Part shown: one piece after another, positions 57,797-64,000 of the stretch
Layout: each line of letters begins with the position of its first letter
How positions within the stretch are numbered: position 1 is the stretch's first letter
Virus record (IMG/VR): IMGVR_UViG_3300030118_004474
Location: 24,182 to 88,181 of that record
DNA length: 64,000 nucleotides
Strand: one strand, 5' to 3'
Source of the DNA: a virus
Notes under the pieces: model-generated
Databases searched by the model: none
The model's input: only the letters and a program-made list of their open reading frames with translations
What the model was told of the DNA's origin: nothing
Program-made: the position numbers and the translations under genes

Positions 57797-59621
57797 CCTA
57801 GAAAAAGTTCGTAAGAACTTAGAAGAAGCGTCTACTTTAATTTCCGGAATCAACCAAAACTTAGCACAGTCAAATAGATTTGCAGGAACATTTGTTGAAA
57901 CCTTTTCTGGTCTTGCAGGTATGAGAACCACGGCTGGAAGTATTTGGAGCGTTATTGATAGATTTAGCGGACAGAATTTTTATTTCTTACAAAAAAATGT
58001 AAGGGGTTTTATGGTTCTTTTTCGTTTGGCTGAAAATATAGAAAAACAAAGGGTAGAGGCCGCTGGTAATTTAAACGATTATATGAAAAAGCAGGGAGAT
58101 TTCTTGGATGGGTTTCTAAAGTCATATAAAGCAATAGATAAAGTAAATAAAAATAGTGATGAAACATTGGCTAGAACATTGGCTACTCAAGACAAAATTA
58201 ACAAATTAAAAATTAGAGAAATGGGTTTTAGTGGCTTCATTAAAGATGCTCAAGAAACCTCTCTACAAGGAATTAGAGAACAGTTAGGAATGGAAAGAGA
58301 GTTGGTTAATACACAAAAGGCTAGAGAGAACTTAAGTGCAAGAAGCACAAAAATTTTAGGCAGTAATTTTCAAACAGGATTTTTTGGGGACCCTCAAGTA
58401 GAATCAAGAATTGTTCAGTTATTGGGAATTGATGATGAAATTGCTAATTTAAGAGAAACCATGACCAAGACTCCGGGTGAAGAAGACCGGCGGCAGATTC
58501 AGGACGAAATAAATAATCGGTATATTATGAGAAAAGTTCTTGGTGAAGAACTATCAGAAATGGGTGTAAATGTAAGAACGAATAGAAGTAGAGTGACTAG
58601 AAGTATTGAACAAACTCCCACAGATTCATTTTTTAAACAGTTATCCGATAACCCGAAAGGGACAATCAAAAAATTGTTTTTGCCCAGTAAAGAACTTTTA
58701 GATTTGGTAAAAAAAGCAGCCCTTTTTGCCGTAGCCAAGAAAAACATCAATTTAATTTTTAGATTTGCTAAAATGGGGTTAAAGATTTTCGGAAAAGTTT
58801 TATTGGCTGTGGCTATGATAGGTCTATTAGTATTTGCTCTACATCAATCTGGGTTTATTGAAAATGTTAAAAATTTCCTTAATAATGAAAATGTTCAAAA
58901 AATATTAGGGTTTTACTTTGATATGGTCGTTACTTTTTTTACTGGGATTTTTAATGTGTTAAAAGGAGTGTTTGGTATTTTGATGGGGTTCTTTTCCGGC
59001 GACGGTCAAAAGGTATATGACGGTATATCAAAAATCGGAGAAGGTTTAGTGCAGATTTTAATTGGTGGTATTGCTTCCATAGGTATGACAATTGCTACGA
59101 CAGCAACAGGCATTGTTCTATTGGGTGTAAATATGATTGTTTCTGCTGTTGTGGGTTTATACGGACTTCTTAAGGAAGGTGCATCTAAAGCGGCTATGTT
59201 TGTTCCGGGTGCGGGTTTATTGTCGGGTATTGCTTTGGGTGCTAAATTTGGAGCGGCTGGGTCTGTTGGTGGTCCAATGGGCGCACTTATTGGTGGGATT
59301 GCCGGTTTAGCCATAGGAACAACTGCTTATTATTTGGGAACAGGTGTAGCCGAGGGAATAGATGGACTCGCTAATGGTGGAACTGTTGGTAAGGGAGGAT
59401 TATTTGTTGTCGGAGAAAGAGGTCCGGAAATAGTTAATCTTCCTGCTGGTTCAACAGTATTTAGCAACTCCCAGTCAAGAAATATGGGCAACACGATTAA
59501 TGTCTCCGTTAATGGAAGAGTTGGGGCTTCTGATGCAGAATTAGATGATTTGGCAAGAAAGATTGGTGAAAAAATTAATCTTGAAATGAATAGATATAAC
59601 AATGTGGGTTTTAGGGCGTGA
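57789..59621 (+). CDS. Tail tape measure protein
   Basis: Helical, Gly/Ala-rich hydrophobic stretches; C-terminal LANGGTV...VVGERGPEIV typical of TMPs. Confidence 0.85.
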   Translation: MADLEKVRKNLEEASTLISGINQNLAQSNRFAGTFVETFSGLAGMRTTAGSIWSVIDRFSGQNFYFLQKNVRGFMVLFRLAENIEKQRVEAAGNLNDYMKKQGDFLDGFLKSYKAIDKVNKNSDETLARTLATQDKINKLKIREMGFSGFIKDAQETSLQGIREQLGMERELVNTQKARENLSARSTKILGSNFQTGFFGDPQVESRIVQLLGIDDEIANLRETMTKTPGEEDRRQIQDEINNRYIMRKVLGEELSEMGVNVRTNRSRVTRSIEQTPTDSFFKQLSDNPKGTIKKLFLPSKELLDLVKKAALFAVAKKNINLIFRFAKMGLKIFGKVLLAVAMIGLLVFALHQSGFIENVKNFLNNENVQKILGFYFDMVVTFFTGIFNVLKGVFGILMGFFSGDGQKVYDGISKIGEGLVQILIGGIASIGMTIATTATGIVLLGVNMIVSAVVGLYGLLKEGASKAAMFVPGAGLLSGIALGAKFGAAGSVGGPMGALIGGIAGLAIGTTAYYLGTGVAEGIDGLANGGTVGKGGLFVVGERGPEIVNLPAGSTVFSNSQSRNMGNTINVSVNGRVGASDAELDDLARKIGEKINLEMNRYNNVGFRA

Positions 59622-59625
59622 TTAA

Positions 59626-60339
59626 ATGAGTAATTTTTCAACTGCTGGTGTTTTGGGGAACGTTGGAACAAGTGGACATGGGATTGATAGTACTGTATTT
59701 TTAGAGTTTGCTAGCGGTAATAAAGATGGAGATGCGGCCATCACAAATAGAATTATGCTTCGTTGCCAATCAATTTCTATTACCACTAATAAAAATCTCA
59801 ATGCCTTGCCTATACCATTTTCCGGTTTAGCAACTGGTGAGTCTAGAAGTTTCGTAATTGATTTAGGTATTGCTAGAAAGTCTGTTAATTTAAGTAATTG
59901 TATTATTCACGACCAGTTTGTTTCAAAAAGATACGATGACGGAACACCGATTAATAAAGCCATGACAGCCTTTGAAATTGCACAATTAATTCACTCATCA
60001 ATTGATGGTTCGTTTGCTCAACCCGACCAAAACTTAAACAAACTTGTGGTTCTTTACCCGTCAAGAGTAGGAAGGGATTATGAATATCATACTGGTGTAG
60101 ATGAAACCACACCACATGAAGACTTACCACTTATTCCCTTTACTTGGGCATCAAGAACAAAGGACCAAACAAATACATTAAATGCCTCAGATTTTCCTTC
60201 CGCTACTTCAACAAGTAGTCTACACTCTATTGATTCAATTAAAGGGTATATTGATAATTTTACTACTAATTTTGAAGCGGGTGGTATTGTGACTTGTAAT
60301 ATAAATTTCCAAGAAGCATTCAACATTTCCGTGACTTGA
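59626..60339 (+). CDS. Putative distal tail (Dit-like) protein
   Basis: Position after TMP; beta-rich. Confidence 0.5.
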   Translation: MSNFSTAGVLGNVGTSGHGIDSTVFLEFASGNKDGDAAITNRIMLRCQSISITTNKNLNALPIPFSGLATGESRSFVIDLGIARKSVNLSNCIIHDQFVSKRYDDGTPINKAMTAFEIAQLIHSSIDGSFAQPDQNLNKLVVLYPSRVGRDYEYHTGVDETTPHEDLPLIPFTWASRTKDQTNTLNASDFPSATSTSSLHSIDSIKGYIDNFTTNFEAGGIVTCNINFQEAFNISVT

Positions 60340-60348
60340 GGTATAAAT

Positions 60349-61383
60349 ATGAGATTATTTTCAAGAGATAGAAAATCTTTGCAGTTTCCTGCAAATTGCG
60401 ATGGATATTTACAAGTCCCATACTCTTCATCTGCTGAACAACAAGTTGGGTTATTTGGACATTCCGGTAGTTTTACCTTTGAGGCAATCATTACACCGTA
60501 TGACGTAAATGGTAATTCTTTTACCTCATTTAGTGGGACTATTAAATCATTAGGGCAGGGAGCAAAGGGACTTGACTATTTAGCAGATGCAAATAGAAAG
60601 GATGTAGAAATGGTATTATTTTACAACGCTAACATGAAAGTTGTTTTAGAAAATACAACCACCACTACAAAAAATCAACCGGCTGAATACGCTATTAAAT
60701 TTTCCTTAACGATTGGTTCAACTACAACTACTATTTCATCATCTACTGTAATTTCTTCAACAATTCTTGATGAGTCTTCACTTGACCCTACAAATTACAG
60801 ATATGATAATCACACACCTACTTTTAAAAAAATAAACACTACCGTTTCATCTGTGGGTTCTAACTCCATAGTCGTCAGCGATTCTTCTGTATTTTTTGAA
60901 GGACAGACCGTATATACGCATTTAGGAACGATAGCCGGGGTTGTGCCTGTTGGAGGAATTATTTCCGGGGGAGTTAGTTTTGTTGGAACAGGAGGTTTTA
61001 CTAATACCCCTACTGCCTCCGAGGGAGTGTGGAAAAAAATAGATAAAGACCCCCTCTATGTAAATAAAGCCCACCACATAGCAGTTTCTTATAATTCGTC
61101 CGGTGGTAGGATGAATATTTTTTATGACGGAGTATTAGTTGCGGAAGGAGTTCATGGTGTGGGGGGTAAGTTCTCTTTGGCTAGTTCTGATATTAACATA
61201 GGTCAACAATCTGATGCTTCTTCACAATCAGATAAAAGAAAAAGTCAATTTATGGGTGAAATGCACGAAATGGTTTTTTTGAATAAATATAAAGATAGGA
61301 TAGGTACAATAGAAACCCTTAATCCGTTCTTTGGTGATATTTTACTTTACTATGATTTTGAGGAGGCTAATTTAGATGGCTGA
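60349..61383 (+). CDS. Tail protein with LamG/concanavalin-like domain
   Basis: SFTFEAII...HHIAVSYN...IFYDGVL...IGQ...FMGEMHE...LLYYDFEE. Confidence 0.7.
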   Translation: MRLFSRDRKSLQFPANCDGYLQVPYSSSAEQQVGLFGHSGSFTFEAIITPYDVNGNSFTSFSGTIKSLGQGAKGLDYLADANRKDVEMVLFYNANMKVVLENTTTTTKNQPAEYAIKFSLTIGSTTTTISSSTVISSTILDESSLDPTNYRYDNHTPTFKKINTTVSSVGSNSIVVSDSSVFFEGQTVYTHLGTIAGVVPVGGIISGGVSFVGTGGFTNTPTASEGVWKKIDKDPLYVNKAHHIAVSYNSSGGRMNIFYDGVLVAEGVHGVGGKFSLASSDINIGQQSDASSQSDKRKSQFMGEMHEMVFLNKYKDRIGTIETLNPFFGDILLYYDFEEANLDG

Positions 61384-64000
61384 TGAAGTTTATGTTTTGA
61401 ATGAGGGAATATCTGTTTCTATTACATCAGATGGTACGGTTTCTACTCCTTCTACACCTTCTTCGGGAACACACGGTATATCTACTTCTACTAATCCGAC
61501 TGTTGTGACACCAACACCTAGTTTTTTAACAGAAAATAATTTTAGTTTCTACGAAATCTATGACGGGGATGTTAGTAGTTTTGGAGGTACAACAACCGCA
61601 GAATTAACAGCAAATAATGAACAAGAAACATCGGGTTATAGAGTTCAATTAGATACTGGTAGTGCAAGTGGTCTAACAATCAATACTAATTTTCATTATT
61701 ATGTTCTAGTATATTCTGACAGTATATTTAAACACCACTTTGCTAAATTTACAGAACAAACTCAATACGAAGGTAATATTTATAATATTGATTTCACACC
61801 AAGAATAAAAGAAAATATTCCATTAGGAACACAAGTTAAAATTTTTAAGGGTCCTGCTACATCCTCTTCTATTGCGGCCATTGGTTATGGTTTAATTAAT
61901 GACCCCGACCCTTCAAGTGGACCCAATAATACAGACGAGAGACATGATAAATATGTAAATGTAAGTAGGCCAACTTTCTTTTTTCACACAGAAAATGATA
62001 GGTTAGGTGCTAATAGAAAATACTCTTTAATTAAAAGAATTATTGGTTCCAGTTCTGCTACCTCTTTATCCGTATTTAAAACTGCTCCCCTAACATCTGA
62101 CTATATTTTAGATAAAAGTTTTTTTACACTAAATGCAACAATAGTAGATAATAATAAAATTTTAGATAACGCATCTACACCTCAATTAAGAAATACATCT
62201 AGTGGTACTGGGGCAACATATACTTTTGATAGAACAGATTTTAACGACTCTTCAAGAAATATCTACTATTCAGATAGTGGACACACTACTTACATTGGTT
62301 TTATTGATAGCCCACATAATAATCAATCAATCCCGAATTCTATAAATACGAAAACTACAAAAACTGTTACGAATAGAGGTAATGCCTTTGAGAGTAGGTT
62401 TTCGGATATTAATAAATTTATGGATAAAAAGATAAAACAAAACGAAAGAGTAGAAGTAAAAGACACTATTAAACAGCAGGGTATTTCTTACTTTCCCAAT
62501 GCTACTCTTTATGGGGTGTATAATAATCACTCCGATTCAAACAAAATACAAGTTAGTGGTTTAGAGGAGGGACAGGACTTAAATACACTTCTTTTTAATT
62601 CTTCTTCTTCAAAATACGAATTAATACTTATCGGTTCTTACTACTATCTACCCTCGGCTATTTCTAGTCCTTCGGGCGGAGGACAAATTATAACAGTAGC
62701 CAATCGTAGAGCCATTAGTAGTGCTTTATTTGAAGGCTCAACAACCGTTGTATCTATGACTGACGCAACAGCATTTAGAAAAGAATGGTCGCCCGTTGTT
62801 AATAATTTTATAACCACACACCCAATAGATACTGTTATTGAGTCGGGAACGTTAAAGAGAAATAATATTACACTTAGCGAAAATTCAGAGGCAGATGTCA
62901 ACGGATTAGAATATAATATAGGCGGCACGAACTTTGGATTTGTCATAGATGTTAGTAGAGGAGACAATGTAAATGGGTATGTTGAGTTTCAGAACTCTCC
63001 GTCTTCTTCTTATTATGCTACAACAGATTTATTTTCATCACTAAAGGGTAGATTGGCAGTAGATAAAATAATATTTCAAGGCAGAATAGAAAACATAGAA
63101 AAGAAAATTGAAAGAGGAGCGCATATAATAATAGCGTCAGGTAGGGACGATATAGGTAAATTACTATCTACTACGGTAGATAAAAACTACAAATATTTAA
63201 CTGATTATGTGTATTCAACTATTACACCACTTGCGGGAAATATTAGCGGTTCTTTTGTTGATACTAACCTACAATTTGATACTACTAGCACCTCTTCAAC
63301 AGATACAAACAAAAGTTCTGATTATCAATTAAAAGTCACGGGAATATCTAATGTTGATTTAGAATACGGAGATGTTATTTACTTAAAAATAGGAACTAGA
63401 TATGTTCCTGTTGGTGTTGTGGCGGGGCTTAATCCTGCTGGTAGTTTAACAAGCATTGATATGTTATCTGATTTATTTCTTGATTTACATACTGATTATC
63501 ATGGTTCTGGATTAGGTTCTTTTACAGCAGATGTTTATGTTGGTAAGAACTTTTTAATTGCTGGTAAATCTTCCGATATTTCTTTAAAAAATACTTCGGC
63601 CACTTCATTGTATGGTAGTCTAGATAAAGGATATAGGTTGTTAGGTTCCGGAAAATCATTAACTAGTGCTGGTGTAGAATCAACAACTAATTTTTCTACT
63701 CTTAATGGAGATGGCATAGATTTAAACAATCTTCTTATCACCCAAGGTTCCTCTAGTAGTAGGAAAGATTCTCCGATTGGATTTGAAAATGAAAATAATT
63801 TTATGAGTAGTATTTCATCAATGGAATTATTGGCTAATTCTATCAATGAAGAAACAGGTCTTGTTGATGTTGAATTGGGTTTTGTGTCTCCATTAGTTTT
63901 AGGCAGAATAGATGTTAATGATAATGTAGCAGGAGAGACATTTTATGACGATGCTTTGGGACTTTATCTAGTAAATTCTAACGGTTTAACGCGAGGAGGG
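61376..64000 (+). CDS. Large tail-tip/baseplate-hub protein, truncated by the window edge
   Basis: Absent from the ORF track because it has no stop; ATG at 61376 (MADEVYVLNEG...) after GAGGAGG, frame consistent with the end (...GLYLVNSNGLTRGG); FQGRIE...ASGRDDIGKLL hub-like motif. Confidence 0.75.
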   Translation, partial: MADEVYVLNEGISVSITSDGTVSTPSTPSSGTHGISTSTNPTVVTPTPSFLTENNFSFYEIYDGDVSSFGGTTTAELTANNEQETSGYRVQLDTGSASGLTINTNFHYYVLVYSDSIFKHHFAKFTEQTQYEGNIYNIDFTPRIKENIPLGTQVKIFKGPATSSSIAAIGYGLINDPDPSSGPNNTDERHDKYVNVSRPTFFFHTENDRLGANRKYSLIKRIIGSSSATSLSVFKTAPLTSDYILDKSFFTLNATIVDNNKILDNASTPQLRNTSSGTGATYTFDRTDFNDSSRNIYYSDSGHTTYIGFIDSPHNNQSIPNSINTKTTKTVTNRGNAFESRFSDINKFMDKKIKQNERVEVKDTIKQQGISYFPNATLYGVYNNHSDSNKIQVSGLEEGQDLNTLLFNSSSSKYELILIGSYYYLPSAISSPSGGGQIITVANRRAISSALFEGSTTVVSMTDATAFRKEWSPVVNNFITTHPIDTVIESGTLKRNNITLSENSEADVNGLEYNIGGTNFGFVIDVSRGDNVNGYVEFQNSPSSSYYATTDLFSSLKGRLAVDKIIFQGRIENIEKKIERGAHIIIASGRDDIGKLLSTTVDKNYKYLTDYVYSTITPLAGNISGSFVDTNLQFDTTSTSSTDTNKSSDYQLKVTGISNVDLEYGDVIYLKIGTRYVPVGVVAGLNPAGSLTSIDMLSDLFLDLHTDYHGSGLGSFTADVYVGKNFLIAGKSSDISLKNTSATSLYGSLDKGYRLLGSGKSLTSAGVESTTNFSTLNGDGIDLNNLLITQGSSSSRKDSPIGFENENNFMSSISSMELLANSINEETGLVDVELGFVSPLVLGRIDVNDNVAGETFYDDALGLYLVNSNGLTRGG

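Overview
This 64 kb window looks like part of a tailed dsDNA archaeal virus genome (Caudoviricetes, HK97-type head, non-contractile tail). The best fit is a magrovirus-like virus of Marine Group II/Poseidoniales; that assignment is inferred from gene content, archaeal GGTGA/GAGG ribosome-binding sites and TATA-like promoters, not from a database search. Bases 1-11.3 kb are a minus-strand early/replication block: class II ribonucleotide reductase, tRNA-Leu and tRNA-Arg, a pyrimidine-dimer glycosylase, a TFB-like factor, a histone-fold protein, and a ubiquitin-like protein with a ThiF/E1 enzyme and a JAB protease. Bases 11.3-15.0 kb are the strand-switch region, with an origin-like non-coding stretch and an array of cassettes delimited by ACCATATGGT palindromes, each cassette bracketed by its own perfect inverted repeat. 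Bases 15.1-64 kb are the plus-strand virion block: terminase, LAGLIDADG protein, portal, DNA ligase, prohead protease/scaffold, major capsid protein, adaptor, tail tube, frameshifted tail chaperone, tape measure and tail-tip genes. More than 20 otherwise unrelated proteins in this block share an N-terminal M-x(0-3)-W-x-x-[ILV]-[ILV]-K leader. The three main leads are the W-x-x-h-h-K tagging system, the inverted-repeat cassette array, and the virus-encoded Ubl/E1/JAB set with a recurring conserved-Cys domain.
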